DNA from: Candidatus Bipolaricaulota bacterium | Lineage (GTDB): Bacteria > Bipolaricaulota > Bipolaricaulia > Bipolaricaulales > Bipolaricaulaceae | Assembly: GCA_022838705.1 (NCBI GenBank) | Contig: JALHJZ010000002.1 | Coordinates: 213,258 to 277,257 of the forward strand | DNA: 64,000 nucleotides | Direction of reading: 5' to 3' | In this document: positions 1-10,351 of the stretch, in pieces | Position numbering within the stretch: the first letter of the stretch is position 1 | How the letters are laid out: each line of letters opens with the position of its first letter | The notes under the pieces: model-generated | The model's database searches: none | The model's input: the letters and a program-made list of their open reading frames with translations, nothing else | What the model was told of the DNA's origin: nothing | Made by a program: the position numbers and the translations under genes

Positions 1-564
1 AAGGCCGCGGCCGAGCTCGGCCACCGTGACCGGGGCGCCGATCCTCACCTCGATCCGGGGGAAGCGCACCGGGACCCGGAGGAACCGTGCCGGTGGGTAC
101 GGGCCCCGGGCCACGAGGTTTACAGGGATCAACGGGCGGCCCAGGCGCTCCGCGAACCGGATGGCGCCCGCCTTCGGCTCTGCGCCGGGCCGGGTCGTCC
201 CCTCGGGGAAGATCCCGAGAAGGCGGGCGCGGCTCGCCGCCGCGAGCGCGCGGCGGTAGTCCTCGACCCCGAACGACTCCCGATCGATCGCCACCGCGAA
301 CCCCCACACAAACGGGGCGAACGCCGGATTATGTAACAGCCCTTCCCGGGCGAGGAACGTGATGCGGCGGAACGGGCCGCAGGCCACGCAGAGGAGGAGG
401 ATGTCCCAGTACGAACGGTGGGGGGCGACGAGGATCCCCCGCCCGCCGAGGTGCTCCCTCCCGCGGACGGACAGGCGGAACAGCACGGCCACGATCGGCC
501 CGACGAGGACGACGAGGAACCCGTAGACGAGATCGCGGACCCGATCAGCGAGCCAGCTGCGCAC
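1..564 (-). CDS. plsC: 1-acyl-sn-glycerol-3-phosphate acyltransferase (PlsC-like), 3' end runs off the window
   Basis: Not in the ORF track; translated by hand from GTG at 564 (GAGGAG SD upstream): MRSWLADRV...APHRSYWD (HxxxxD)...GIFPEGT. Overlaps the cmk stop. Confidence 0.85.
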   Translation of the reverse strand, partial: MRSWLADRVRDLVYGFLVVLVGPIVAVLFRLSVRGREHLGGRGILVAPHRSYWDILLLCVACGPFRRITFLAREGLLHNPAFAPFVWGFAVAIDRESFGVEDYRRALAAASRARLLGIFPEGTTRPGAEPKAGAIRFAERLGRPLIPVNLVARGPYPPARFLRVPVRFPRIEVRIGAPVTVAELGRGL

Positions 565-1162
565 GGCGCTCCTCGACCAGCCGCAGGACAGAAGCCAGCA
601 CTTCCTGGGGGGTCCTCCCCGTGGTGTCCACCACCACCGCATCGGGGGCCGCCCGGAGGGGGGAGTCCGGCCGGGTGGAGTCCCGCTCGTCCCGCCGCCG
701 GATCGCAGCGAGGACGTCCGCGAACTCCCCTCCGTGCTCGGCGAGGCGCCGCCGCGCCCGCTCCTCGTCGGTCGCCCAGAGGAAGATCTTCAGCTCAGCG
801 TCGGGGAGGACCACCGTCCCGATGTCCCGCCCCTCCATCACCACGTCCCCGTGCGCCGCAATCCGACGCTGGATCTCGACGAGGCGCCGCCGGACCCGCC
901 CGTTCAGGGCGAGCTGGGAGGAGAGCTCGTCGAGGTCGGGGCGCGCCAGGAGATCCGTCACATCCTCCCCGTCGAGGTAGATCCGGCCTCCCGCCCCCAC
1001 CGCGATCTCCAGGCGCTCGACCGGGATCCCGCGCTGGTGGGCGAGGGCCGCCGCGCGGTACATCGCGCCGGTGGGGACGAACAGGTACCCGAGCTCCTCG
1101 GCGAGGGAACGGGCGAGGGTCGTCTTCCCCGCCGCCGCCGGCCCGTCAATGGCGATCCTCAT
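545..1162 (-). CDS. cmk: cytidylate kinase
   Basis: MRIAIDGPAAAGKTT P-loop; GAMYRA, VMEGRDIGTVV and RDERDS motifs. Confidence 0.95.
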   Translation of the reverse strand: MRIAIDGPAAAGKTTLARSLAEELGYLFVPTGAMYRAAALAHQRGIPVERLEIAVGAGGRIYLDGEDVTDLLARPDLDELSSQLALNGRVRRRLVEIQRRIAAHGDVVMEGRDIGTVVLPDAELKIFLWATDEERARRRLAEHGGEFADVLAAIRRRDERDSTRPDSPLRAAPDAVVVDTTGRTPQEVLASVLRLVEERRAQLAR

Positions 1163-1986
1163 GCTCGGATACGGTACCCCGACCGAATCGGGGACGCAAC
1201 GAACAGTTCCCCCGCCACGTCGGGCCGGATCCTCCGCCGCCCCGCCTCGGCGGCCGACCGACTGGGGAAGGGAGCGAACAGGGCCGAGCCGGATCCCGTC
1301 ATCCCCACCCCGCCCGGGGCAACCCGGGCAAGGAGGTCCCGCCACCGACGGAGATCGGGGAAGAGATGGACCGCAGCCGGCCAGAGGTCGTTTGGGAACC
1401 CCAGTCCCGGCACGGGCTCCGTCCGCGGGGACAGGGGCAGATCCAGCTCATCGAACGCCCGGTACACGTCCGGGGTCGGGGAGCGAACGGGGGGGACGAG
1501 GATCAGGAACGCAGCCGGAATGGGGATCGCGACGGGTTTCACCCTCTCCCCGATCCCCTCCAGCCACGCTGGGCTCGCGCCGAGGAAGAACGGGACGTCC
1601 GCCCCGAGCGTGATCCCGATCGCCGCGAGCTCCTCCCGGGTCCTCCCAAGGGAGAGGAGCTCGTTCACCCCGGCCAGGACCGCCGCCGCATCGGAGCTCC
1701 CCCCGCCGAGGCCCGCCCCAGCGGGGATCCCCTTCTCGAGCTCGATCCTCACCCCCGGTACCCCCGCCGGAAGGAGGGCGCGCGCCGCGCGGAGGGCGAG
1801 GTTCCGCTCCGGGGGACCGAGCTCGGGCGGGGCATGGAGGGTCACCCCCTCGCCAGCGCGGGTCAGGGTGATCCGATCCGCGAGGTCCACCGCCGTGACC
1901 AGGGACTGGAGCTCGTGGTAGCCATCGGCCCGCCGGCCGACCACCCTCAGGGTCAGGTTGAGCTTGGCGTAGGCGAGGACCTCCAC
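1159..1986 (-). CDS. ispE: 4-diphosphocytidyl-2-C-methyl-D-erythritol kinase
   Basis: AYAKLNLTL..GYHEL, KGIPAGAGLGGGSSDAA (GHMP kinase), GADVPFF, MTGSGS; start re-called to GTG 1986. Confidence 0.93.
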   Translation of the reverse strand: MEVLAYAKLNLTLRVVGRRADGYHELQSLVTAVDLADRITLTRAGEGVTLHAPPELGPPERNLALRAARALLPAGVPGVRIELEKGIPAGAGLGGGSSDAAAVLAGVNELLSLGRTREELAAIGITLGADVPFFLGASPAWLEGIGERVKPVAIPIPAAFLILVPPVRSPTPDVYRAFDELDLPLSPRTEPVPGLGFPNDLWPAAVHLFPDLRRWRDLLARVAPGGVGMTGSGSALFAPFPSRSAAEAGRRRIRPDVAGELFVASPIRSGYRIRA

Positions 1987-3182
1987 CCCACCCTCCCCCG
2001 CGCGACGACGGCCCAGGCCAGGTTCTGCCCGATCCAGTACGGGATCTCCTCGTACGATTCGGCGTCCCACACCACGAGATCGGCCTGCTTCCCCGGCTCC
2101 AGCGATCCCACCCGGTCGGCGAGGCCGATCGCCGCCGCCGCGTTGAGCGTGGCTGCGACGAGCGCCTCCGCGGGGCTCATCCCCATCCGGAGGACGGCGA
2201 GCGCGAGGATAAGCGGGAGCGACGCGACGGGGGACGAGCCGGGATTGAAGTCCGTGCCCAAGGCCACGGGCACCCCGGCCGCGATGAGGTCCCGGGCGGG
2301 GGGCCACGGCTCGTCGAGCACGAACGCCGTCCCTGGGAGGAGCACCGCCACCGTTCCCGCGTGGGCCATCGCCTCGATCCCGGACTGGGAAACGTGGAGG
2401 AGGTGCTCGGCCGAGGTGGCGGAGAGCTCGCCGGCGAGCTCGGCCGCGCCTACCCAAGCGAGCTCATCGGCGTGGATTTTCACCCCCAGGCCGGCGGCCC
2501 GCGCCGCGAGGAGGATCGTTCGCGCCTCCTCTATAGTGTAGAACCCCTGGTCGCAGAACACGTCGCAGAACCTGGCCAGCCCGGTTCCCGCGACGACGGG
2601 GATCATCTCCTCCACCATCAGGCGGATGTAGTTTTCCCGGGAGACTTCTGGGGGGAAGGCGTGGGCGCCCAGGAACGTGGGGACGAGCGTCAAGGGGAGC
2701 TCCTCCCCCAGGCGGCGGATCGCCCGCAGCATCTTGAGCTCATCGGCGGTGGTGAGGCCATACCCGGACTTGATCTCAACCGTCGTCGCCCCGAGCTCGA
2801 GCATGCGGAGGAGCCTCGGCCGGGCGAGCCGGACGAGCTCCCCTTCCGGTGCCTCCCGCACCGCCTGGACCGTAGTGAGGATCCCCCCGCCTGTGTACTT
2901 CTCGCCCCGGGCGCGGGCCAAGAATTCCTGAACCCTGTTCCCGGCGAAGACCGCGTGGGTGTGGGGATCCACCAGCCCGGGGGTCACCGTACGGCCCTCG
3001 GCATCGAGGGTCGGGCCGGCGAACCGGGGCCACCGTCCTGCCCCAACCTCGGCGATCCGCCCGTCCCGGACGAGCACGTAGGCATCGCGGACCACGGTCA
3101 GCTCCCCCTGCCCGGCCCCCCGGTTGGGCTCCTGGCCGATCGGGGTCGCGAGCTCGCCGATCCCGTACACAAGGAGGTCCAT
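1953..3182 (-). CDS. hutI: imidazolonepropionase
   Basis: PGLVDPHTH, EIKSGYGL, FLGAHA, DVFCDQG, IHADE, GTDFNPGSSP. Confidence 0.95.
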   Translation of the reverse strand: MDLLVYGIGELATPIGQEPNRGAGQGELTVVRDAYVLVRDGRIAEVGAGRWPRFAGPTLDAEGRTVTPGLVDPHTHAVFAGNRVQEFLARARGEKYTGGGILTTVQAVREAPEGELVRLARPRLLRMLELGATTVEIKSGYGLTTADELKMLRAIRRLGEELPLTLVPTFLGAHAFPPEVSRENYIRLMVEEMIPVVAGTGLARFCDVFCDQGFYTIEEARTILLAARAAGLGVKIHADELAWVGAAELAGELSATSAEHLLHVSQSGIEAMAHAGTVAVLLPGTAFVLDEPWPPARDLIAAGVPVALGTDFNPGSSPVASLPLILALAVLRMGMSPAEALVAATLNAAAAIGLADRVGSLEPGKQADLVVWDAESYEEIPYWIGQNLAWAVVARGRVGWRSSPTPSST

Positions 3183-3240
3183 GCGGGGAGTATACCCACC
3201 GGCAGCGCTACCCCGTACAGAACGGCTATACTGGGCGACC
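3183..3240. promoter_or_regulatory. divergent leaderless promoters for hutI and hutH
   Basis: TATACT on minus (3194-3189) 6 nt before hutI ATG; TATACT on plus (3227-3232) 8 nt before hutH GTG; no SD on either side. Confidence 0.7.
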
Positions 3241-4734
3241 GTGATCGAGCTCGATGGCCATCTCACACCCCAGGACGCGGAGGCGATCGTCCTCGCGGGG
3301 ACCCCGGTCTCCCTCGCCCCCTCCGTGCGGGCGAAGGTCGAGGCTTCGCACCGGGCGCTCCGCGCGATCCTCGGCCGCGGCGAGCCCGTGTACGGGATCA
3401 ACACGGGGTTCGGCGCCTTGTCCACGGTGCGGATCCCGGAACCGGACCTGGCCAAGCTCCAGAGGAATATCGTCCTCTCTCACGCCACGGGGGTCGGCGC
3501 GCCCCTCCCTGACCCGCTCGTGCGGGGGATGCTCCTCTTCCGCCTGAACTCGTTCCTCCAGGGGGCGTCGGGCGTGCGGCCGGAGCTCGTGGACCTCCTC
3601 GTCCACCTCCTCAACGCGGGGGTGCACCCCATCGTCCCCGAGCAGGGCTCCGTCGGCTCGTCGGGGGACCTCGTGCCGCTCGCCCACCTCGCCCTGCCCC
3701 TCCTCGGGGAGGGACGGGCCCGCCTCCACGGGGAGGAGCTCTCTGGAGCGGAGGCCCTGCGCCGGGCCGGCCTCGCCCCGCTTCCGGAGCTCGCCCCCAA
3801 GGAGGGCCTCGCCCTCCTCAACGGGACGTCCTACATGCTCGCCTCCCTGTTCCTGTCCTGGACTATGGGCTGGCGGGCGTTTCAGGCCGGGCTTGCCTGC
3901 GCCGCCCTCTCCTTCCAGGCCCTCCGCGGGAGGACGGAGGCCCTCGATGCCCGGATCCACGCCGCCCGGCCCCACCCTGGGCAGGTCCAGGTCGCCTCCT
4001 GGCTGCGGGAGCTCCTCGCCGGGAGCGCCCTCACCGACTCCCACAACGAGGACGTACAGGACCCGTACTCCCTGCGCTGCCTGCCCCAGCTCCTTGGGCC
4101 GGTGGTGGAGACCCTGTGGGCCGTCGAGGGGCGGCTGCGGGTGGAGATGAACGCGGCCACGGATAACCCGCTCCTCCTCCCCGATGGAGGCGGCACGGCC
4201 CTCGCCGGGGGGAACTTCCACGGGGAGATCCTCGCCTTCGCCGCGGAGTGGCTGGGGATCGCGCTCGCCGAGCTCGGGGCATCGTGCGAGCGGCGGCTGG
4301 CGGCCCTCCTCACCGCGGAGGGGAGGGGGCTCCCGCCGTTCCTCTCCCCAGAACCCGGGACGAGCTCGGGGCTCATGCTCCTCCAGTACACCGCGGCCGC
4401 CCTCGCCGCGGAGAACAAGGTCCTCGCCCACCCCGCCGCGGTGGACTCGATCCCCACCTCGGGGGGGAAGGAGGACCACAACGCGATGGGGGCGACGTCG
4501 GCCTGGAAGACCGGCCGCATCACGGAGAACGTGGCCTCCCAGGTCGCGCTGGAGGGCGTGGCCGCGCGATGGGCGGTGGCCCTCGCCGGGGAGGAGGACC
4601 TCTCGCCGGCGAGCCGGCCCCTCTACGCCGTTCTGGCCGAGCTCGTCCCCCCGCCGGGCGAGGACCGCTACGTGGGCGATGCGATCGGGCGGGTCCGTCA
4701 CGCGATCCAGGAAGGGAGGCTGAACCCAATATGA
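3241..4734 (+). CDS. hutH: histidine ammonia-lyase (MIO tripeptide reads SSG)
   Basis: VYGINTGFG, VLSHATG, GSVGSSGDL, KEGLALLNG, QDPYSLRC, GGNFHG, KEDHNAMG. Confidence 0.9.
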   Translation: MIELDGHLTPQDAEAIVLAGTPVSLAPSVRAKVEASHRALRAILGRGEPVYGINTGFGALSTVRIPEPDLAKLQRNIVLSHATGVGAPLPDPLVRGMLLFRLNSFLQGASGVRPELVDLLVHLLNAGVHPIVPEQGSVGSSGDLVPLAHLALPLLGEGRARLHGEELSGAEALRRAGLAPLPELAPKEGLALLNGTSYMLASLFLSWTMGWRAFQAGLACAALSFQALRGRTEALDARIHAARPHPGQVQVASWLRELLAGSALTDSHNEDVQDPYSLRCLPQLLGPVVETLWAVEGRLRVEMNAATDNPLLLPDGGGTALAGGNFHGEILAFAAEWLGIALAELGASCERRLAALLTAEGRGLPPFLSPEPGTSSGLMLLQYTAAALAAENKVLAHPAAVDSIPTSGGKEDHNAMGATSAWKTGRITENVASQVALEGVAARWAVALAGEEDLSPASRPLYAVLAELVPPPGEDRYVGDAIGRVRHAIQEGRLNPI

Positions 4735-5618
4735 GCTACCGGACCGGCACCGTGGCCGTGGTGGGCCGGACGAACGTCGGGAAGTCCACGTTCATCAACG
4801 CCGTCCTCGGACAAAAGGTCGTCATCGTCTCCCCGCGGCCCCAGACGACGCGCAACCGCATCCGCTGCATCCTCACCACCCCCGAGGCCCAGGTCGTGTT
4901 CGTGGACACGCCGGGGCTCCACCCGCCGGTGAACAAGCTGTCCGCCCACCTCCAGCGGGAGGCGCTGCGCTCCCTCGCGGGCCTCGACGCGGTCGCGTAC
5001 ATGGTCGAGCCGGGCGGGAAGGTGGATCCCTACGACGAGCTCATGCTCCCCAAGATCCAAACCCTCCCCTGCCCGAAGGTCCTCCTCGTCAACAAGAGCG
5101 ACCAAGCACGGGGCAACACCCTCCCCGAGACCCTGCTCGCCTACGACCGCCTGGGGATGTTCAACGACATCGTGCCGATCTCGTCCACGAAGGGCACGAA
5201 CCTCGACCGGGCCCTCGCCGTGATCATCGGCCACCTCCCGGAGGGCACGCCGGCGTACGAGAAGGGCACGACCACCGACCGCCCGCTCGCGTTCGTGGCG
5301 GCGGAAGTGGTGCGGGAGAAGGTGTATGCGGAGACCTACCAGGAGCTCCCCTATGCCACCGCGGTGGCCGTGGAGGAGATCGAGGAGCGGGAGGCCCCGC
5401 CCCTAACCTCGGTCTACGCCACGATCATCGTCGCCAAGGAGTCGCAGAAGGCGATCGTCATCGGGAGCCGGGGGGCGAAGCTGAAGGAGATCGGGACCCA
5501 GGCCCGGGTGGACCTCGAGCAGCTCCTCGGCCACCAGGTGTTCCTCTCCCTCCACGTCAAGGTGAAGCCAAAGTGGACAGAGGACGAGGACGAGGTGGCC
5601 CGCCTCACCGGCGACTGA
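4731..5618 (+). CDS. era: GTPase Era
   Basis: [24 protein letters not shown]; C-terminal KH region [11 protein letters not shown]; ATGA overlap with hutH. Confidence 0.95.
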   Translation: MSYRTGTVAVVGRTNVGKSTFINAVLGQKVVIVSPRPQTTRNRIRCILTTPEAQVVFVDTPGLHPPVNKLSAHLQREALRSLAGLDAVAYMVEPGGKVDPYDELMLPKIQTLPCPKVLLVNKSDQARGNTLPETLLAYDRLGMFNDIVPISSTKGTNLDRALAVIIGHLPEGTPAYEKGTTTDRPLAFVAAEVVREKVYAETYQELPYATAVAVEEIEEREAPPLTSVYATIIVAKESQKAIVIGSRGAKLKEIGTQARVDLEQLLGHQVFLSLHVKVKPKWTEDEDEVARLTGD

Positions 5619-5643
5619 CCTCTCCTCGGGTAAGATCGCTCCC

Positions 5644-7347
5644 GTGCCCAGCGATATGAGCGAACCGGTGGACTTCATCCGCGAGATCATCCGCGACGAC
5701 CTCGCCGCGGGGCGGTTCGACCGGGTTCACACCCGGTTCCCCCCCGAGCCGAACGCCTACCTCCACATCGGCCACGCCCAGGCGATCCTCCTCAACTACG
5801 GGATCGCCCAGGAGTTCGGGGGGAAGTTCAACCTCCGCTTCGACGACACGAACCCGGAGAAGGAGAGCGAGGAGTACGTGGCGGCGATCAAGCGGGACGT
5901 CCGCTGGCTGGGCGCGGATTGGGAGGACCGCGAGTTCTATGCCTCCGATTACTTCGAGCAGCTTTACCAATGGGCCGAGGAACTGATCCGCAAGGGGGTG
6001 GCCTACGTGTGTGACCTCCCGCCAGAGGAGCTCAGCCGCCAGCGCGGCCAGCCGATCCGGGACGGGGACAGGATCATCACCCCCCCGGGCGTGGATAGCC
6101 CGTACCGCAACCGGTCGGTGGAGGAGAACCTCGACCTCTTCCGCCGGATGAGGGCCGGGGAGTTCCCGAGCGGGTCCCGCACCCTGCGCGCCAAGATCGA
6201 CATGGCTCACCCGAACCTCAACATGCGCGATCCTGTCCTGTACCGAATCCTTCATGCCCGCCACCACCGGACGGGGGACACGTGGTGCATCTACCCAAGC
6301 TACGATTGGGCACACGGCCAGTCGGACTCGATCGAGGGGATCACCCACTCCATCTGCACGCTGGAGTTCGAGAACCACCGCCCGCTCTATGACTGGTTCC
6401 TCGACCAGCTCGGCGTCCACCATCCTCGCCAGATCGAATTCGCCCGTCTCAACCTGACCTACACCGTGACGAGCAAGCGGCTCCTCCTCCGCCTCGTCCA
6501 GGAGGGGCACGTGCGGGGATGGGACGATCCCCGGATGCCCACGATCGCCGGGATCCGCCGCCGCGGCTACACCCCGGAGGCGATCGCGGACTTCGTCCGC
6601 CGGATCGGGGTCTCCAAGGCGGAGAGCATCCGCGAGATCGAGCTCCTCGAGCACTGCCTGCGGGACGACCTCAACAAGCGCGCCCCGCGGCGGATGGCGG
6701 TGCTGGAGCCCGTGAAGCTCGTGATCACGAACTACCCGGAGGGGAAGGTGGAGGAGTTCGACGCGGTCAACAACCCTGAGGACCCCTCGTCCGGGACGCG
6801 GGTGGTCCCGTTCTCGCGGGAGCTGTGGATCGAGGAGGAGGACTTCAGGGAGGACCCGCCGCCCGGGTTCTTCCGCCTCGCCCCGGGGCGGGAGGTGCGG
6901 CTGCGGTACGCGTACTTCGTCCGGTGCACGGGCGTCGTGAAGGACCCCTCCGGCCGGGTGGTCGAGGTCCGCTGCACCTACGACCCGGCCACCCGCGGCG
7001 GCGATGCCCCGGATGGGCGGAAGGTGAAGGCGACCCTGCACTGGGTGTCTGCCTCCCACGCCGTGGACGCCGAGGTCCGCCTCTACGACCGCCTGTTCAC
7101 GGTCCCCGATCCCCTCGACGTCCCGGAGGGAGAGGATTGGATCGGGAATCTGAACCCTGACTCCCTCGTCCTCCTCAGGGGGTGCAAGCTCGAGCCGTGC
7201 CTGGGGGAGGTGCAGGCCGGGGAGATGTTCCAGTTCGAGCGGAAGGGGTACTTCTGCGTCGACCCGGATACCAAGCCTGGCCTCCCCGTGTTCAACCGCA
7301 TCGTGACCCTCCGCGATCCGTGGGCCAAGCTCCAGGGCAAGCTGTAG
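5644..7347 (+). CDS. glnS: glutamine--tRNA ligase (start 5644 or 5656)
   Basis: [57 protein letters not shown]. Confidence 0.95.
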   Translation: MPSDMSEPVDFIREIIRDDLAAGRFDRVHTRFPPEPNAYLHIGHAQAILLNYGIAQEFGGKFNLRFDDTNPEKESEEYVAAIKRDVRWLGADWEDREFYASDYFEQLYQWAEELIRKGVAYVCDLPPEELSRQRGQPIRDGDRIITPPGVDSPYRNRSVEENLDLFRRMRAGEFPSGSRTLRAKIDMAHPNLNMRDPVLYRILHARHHRTGDTWCIYPSYDWAHGQSDSIEGITHSICTLEFENHRPLYDWFLDQLGVHHPRQIEFARLNLTYTVTSKRLLLRLVQEGHVRGWDDPRMPTIAGIRRRGYTPEAIADFVRRIGVSKAESIREIELLEHCLRDDLNKRAPRRMAVLEPVKLVITNYPEGKVEEFDAVNNPEDPSSGTRVVPFSRELWIEEEDFREDPPPGFFRLAPGREVRLRYAYFVRCTGVVKDPSGRVVEVRCTYDPATRGGDAPDGRKVKATLHWVSASHAVDAEVRLYDRLFTVPDPLDVPEGEDWIGNLNPDSLVLLRGCKLEPCLGEVQAGEMFQFERKGYFCVDPDTKPGLPVFNRIVTLRDPWAKLQGKL

Positions 7348-7403
7348 AAGCGTTCAAAGGTCACCCGTCGCGGCCGACCTGAGCGCCGCGATGCCCACCC
7401 TCC

Positions 7404-7431
7404 TTGCAAAGGCGCTGGCATCCCCTAACAT
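7404..7431 (+). promoter_or_regulatory. sigma70-type promoter for the glutamate dehydrogenase gene
   Basis: TTGCAA-N16-TAACAT, followed by a leader with a GCGGGG/CCCCGC hairpin and AAGGAGG SD. Confidence 0.55.
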
Positions 7432-7480
7432 CGTGCGGGGGTAGGGCACGAACGCCCCGCCTCACCAAGGGAGGGAACGC

Positions 7481-8779
7481 ATGGTGACCGGCGAAGTAGC
7501 CAGCTTGAACCCGTTTCTGATCGCCCAACGCCAGCTCGATGAGGCGGCGGGGGTGCTCAAGCTGGACCGCGGCCTGCACGAGCTCCTGCGCTGGCCGCTC
7601 CGGGAATTCCACGTCCGGATCCCGGTGCGGATGGACAACGGGTCGGTGCGGGTGTTCGAGGGGTTTCGGGTCCAGTACAACAACGCCCGTGGCCCGTGCA
7701 AGGGCGGGATCCGGTTCGCCGCCGATGAGACGGTGGATACGGTACGGGCCCTCGCAGCGTGGATGACGTGGAAGACAGCGGTCGTGGACCTGCCGCTGGG
7801 GGGAGGGAAGGGCGGAATCGTGTGTAACCCCAAGGAGCTGAGTCCCGGGGAGCTGGAGCGCTTGTCGCGCGGGTACATCCGTGCCCTCGCCCCTGCGATC
7901 GGGGCCGATCGCGATGTCCCCGCCCCCGATGTTGGGACGAACCCCCAGATCATGGCGTGGATGCTCGACGAATACGAGACGATCGTCGGCCATGCCGCGC
8001 CGGGGGTGATCACGGGGAAGCCGCTTCCCATCGGTGGATCCGCAGGGAGGACCGGCGCGACGGGATTGGGGGTCGTGATCGCGATCCGCGAGGCGCTCGC
8101 CGCCCTGGGGATGGACCCGGCGTCCACCACCGCCTCGATCCAGGGGTTCGGGAACGTTGCCCAGTACGCCGCGATCCATTACCGGGAGGTGTTGGGGGGG
8201 CGGGTGCTCGCCGTCTCCTGCTGGGACCACAAGGACCGGCGGGCCTACACCTACACGAAGAAGGGCGGGATCGATCCGCGCTTCCTGCAGACGATCACGG
8301 ACACCTTCGGCACTGTGGACCGCGCGAAGGCGGAACAGGCCGGGTACGAGGCCCTCGCTGGCGATGCATGGCTGGGGTTGGACGTGGATGTCCTCATTCC
8401 CGCCGCAATGGAGAACGTGATCACGGCGGACACGGTGGGGCGGATCTCAGGTCGGGTGAAGATCCTCGCCGAGGCGGCCAACGGTCCGACCACCCCCGAG
8501 GCCGATCAGGTCCTGCAGAAGAGGGGGATCTACGTGATCCCCGACTTCCTCTGTAACGCCGGCGGGGTGACCGTCTCCTACTTTGAGCAGGTGCAGAACG
8601 CGTACAACTTCCACTGGGACGTGGCCGAGATCAACCGGCGTTTGGATGAGAAGATGACGTCGGCCTTCCACGCCGTGCACAACGCGGCGAAGGAACACAA
8701 GGTCCCCAACCGCGTCGGCGCGTACCTCGTCGCGGTGGAGCGCGTGGCCGAGGCGGTCAAGCTGCGCGGCTGGGCGTAG
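7481..8779 (+). CDS. gdhA: Glu/Leu/Phe/Val dehydrogenase (glutamate dehydrogenase)
   Basis: [54 protein letters not shown]. Confidence 0.92.
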   Translation: MVTGEVASLNPFLIAQRQLDEAAGVLKLDRGLHELLRWPLREFHVRIPVRMDNGSVRVFEGFRVQYNNARGPCKGGIRFAADETVDTVRALAAWMTWKTAVVDLPLGGGKGGIVCNPKELSPGELERLSRGYIRALAPAIGADRDVPAPDVGTNPQIMAWMLDEYETIVGHAAPGVITGKPLPIGGSAGRTGATGLGVVIAIREALAALGMDPASTTASIQGFGNVAQYAAIHYREVLGGRVLAVSCWDHKDRRAYTYTKKGGIDPRFLQTITDTFGTVDRAKAEQAGYEALAGDAWLGLDVDVLIPAAMENVITADTVGRISGRVKILAEAANGPTTPEADQVLQKRGIYVIPDFLCNAGGVTVSYFEQVQNAYNFHWDVAEINRRLDEKMTSAFHAVHNAAKEHKVPNRVGAYLVAVERVAEAVKLRGWA

Positions 8780-8823
8780 GGGGAGCTTTGGGTTCGCAGG
8801 GGGGTGCCCGGGCGGCACCCCCG

Positions 8824-9429
8824 TCACTTCGCGGCGAGGAGACGGCGCACGACCTCGCGCGCCGCGTCCAGGTCGGGGACTTCGTGGTACGCTGCGCCGG
8901 GGGGGAAGTAGGTACGCATCCACTCCCGCGGCGCAACGAGGACCACCGCGGGGATCCCTGCCGCCACCGCGGCCTGGAGGTCGAAGTGGGAATCCCCGAG
9001 GACGAGGGCCTCCTCCGGGCTCAGCCCCAGCCGGGCGAGCGGACCGAGGAACGCCCCGGGGTCGGGCTTGAGAGGCCCGTCGTCCCGCGTGACCACGAGG
9101 TCGAACGGGAGCTCGTGGCGGGCGAGGACGGCATCCGTGCTCTCCCGGGAGTTGTTCGTGACGAGAATGGTCTTCACACCGCTCAAGCGCAGGAAGTCGA
9201 GGAGCTCGCGCGTCCCCGCGCGGAGGCAGCCCCGCTCGACCCCCTCCCGTTCCCGGGCCCGCAGGACCTCCACCGCCTCGGTCCGCCGGGACGGAGGCAG
9301 GTCCGCGATCCCAGCGAGGATCGTGCGACCGTCCGGGGGGAGTCCGAGCTCCTCCCGCACGGCCGTCATCCGGACCGGGGTCTCCCAGATCGTGCCGTCC
9401 ATGTCGATGAGCGCTGCACGGAAGGGCAT
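8824..9429 (-). CDS. HAD-family hydrolase (phosphoglycolate phosphatase-like)
   Basis: IDMDGT motif I, VTNN, KPDP, GDSHFD; TACCAT 7 nt upstream of ATG. Confidence 0.85.
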   Translation of the reverse strand: MPFRAALIDMDGTIWETPVRMTAVREELGLPPDGRTILAGIADLPPSRRTEAVEVLRAREREGVERGCLRAGTRELLDFLRLSGVKTILVTNNSRESTDAVLARHELPFDLVVTRDDGPLKPDPGAFLGPLARLGLSPEEALVLGDSHFDLQAAVAAGIPAVVLVAPREWMRTYFPPGAAYHEVPDLDAAREVVRRLLAAK

Positions 9430-9512
9430 GGGCCCAATGGTACCCGCTCGGGGAGGGACATTGGAACCTGATCTAGCTAAGGCGGTCGAGGAGCGCCGCC
9501 CGGGGGCCATCC

Positions 9513-9598
9513 TGGCGGAGGGAGTGGGATTCGAACCCACGGAGCTTTCGCTCACCGGTTTTCAAGACCGGCGGTTTCGTCCGCTCACCCATCCCTCC
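9513..9598 (-). tRNA. tRNA-Ser(TGA), long variable arm, CCA encoded
   Basis: GGAGGGA acceptor stem, CCGGT-CTTGAAA-ACCGG anticodon arm, GCGAAAGC variable arm, GTGGGTTCGAATCCCAC T arm, GCCA end. Confidence 0.97.
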
Positions 9599-9729
9599 CT
9601 GGTAGAGGGCGCTGTGCATTCTCGCCACGCCCGGGGAAGCCCGCAACCGGCCGCGGGGGTTAGCCGTCTTCACCGGGCCTCCGCCGGCGATCCACGGCGC
9701 CTCCACAGGACACAAGGTAGCGTTGCGCC

Positions 9730-10290
9730 ATGCCGGTGATGCGAACCTGGGCATTTTGGATCGGCCTCGCGGTGGGCGCCCTCGCCGTCCTGGCCGGGGC
9801 AACGGCGGCCCACGCCGCCGAACCCCCCTGTCCGGCCTCCCCGGTCCTCCTGGCAGGGATTGAGGTGGGGAACCGCGTTGGGCAACGGGCGCCGGACTTC
9901 TCCCTTCCCGACTTCTCCGGGAACCCCGTGGACCTGTCCTCATTCCGCGGCTGCCCGGTCCTCCTCGACTTCTGGGCCAGCTGGTGCAAGCCATGTCAGG
10001 TCTCGGTCCCGCTCCTAGAGTCCCTCCGCCAGAGGTACGCCCCGCGGGGGCTGAAGGTGATCGCGGTGAGCCTGGACTACCGCAAGGAAGACGCAACCCG
10101 GTTCCTGGAGGCCTACGGGTACCGCGGGTTCATCGCCCTGTGGGCTCCCTTCACCGAGGCGCGCGCTGTGGCCTACCTGTTCGGGATCCAGGCGATCCCC
10201 CGCACCGTGCTCCTCGACCGGCAGGGCATCATCCGCTTCATCGGCCATCCCCAGGACCTGACCGACGACCTCCTCTCCCCCTGGCTGTGA
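9730..10290 (+). CDS. exported TlpA/ResA-family thiol-disulfide oxidoreductase
   Basis: Signal peptide, APDFSL, LLDFWASWCKPC (CxxC), GIQAIPRTVLLDRQG. Confidence 0.88.
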   Translation: MPVMRTWAFWIGLAVGALAVLAGATAAHAAEPPCPASPVLLAGIEVGNRVGQRAPDFSLPDFSGNPVDLSSFRGCPVLLDFWASWCKPCQVSVPLLESLRQRYAPRGLKVIAVSLDYRKEDATRFLEAYGYRGFIALWAPFTEARAVAYLFGIQAIPRTVLLDRQGIIRFIGHPQDLTDDLLSPWL

Positions 10291-10351
10291 GAGGGACTTG
10301 TGCCGATCGCGGGCGGGCACAACCCGCGCCGGCTTCCCCGGCCGGGGCCGG

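Noticed and set aside
7390-7422. GATGCC...GGCATC inverted repeat around the gdh -35 box as an operator
   Set aside because: Only 6-bp arms with a long spacer in GC-rich DNA; could easily be chance.
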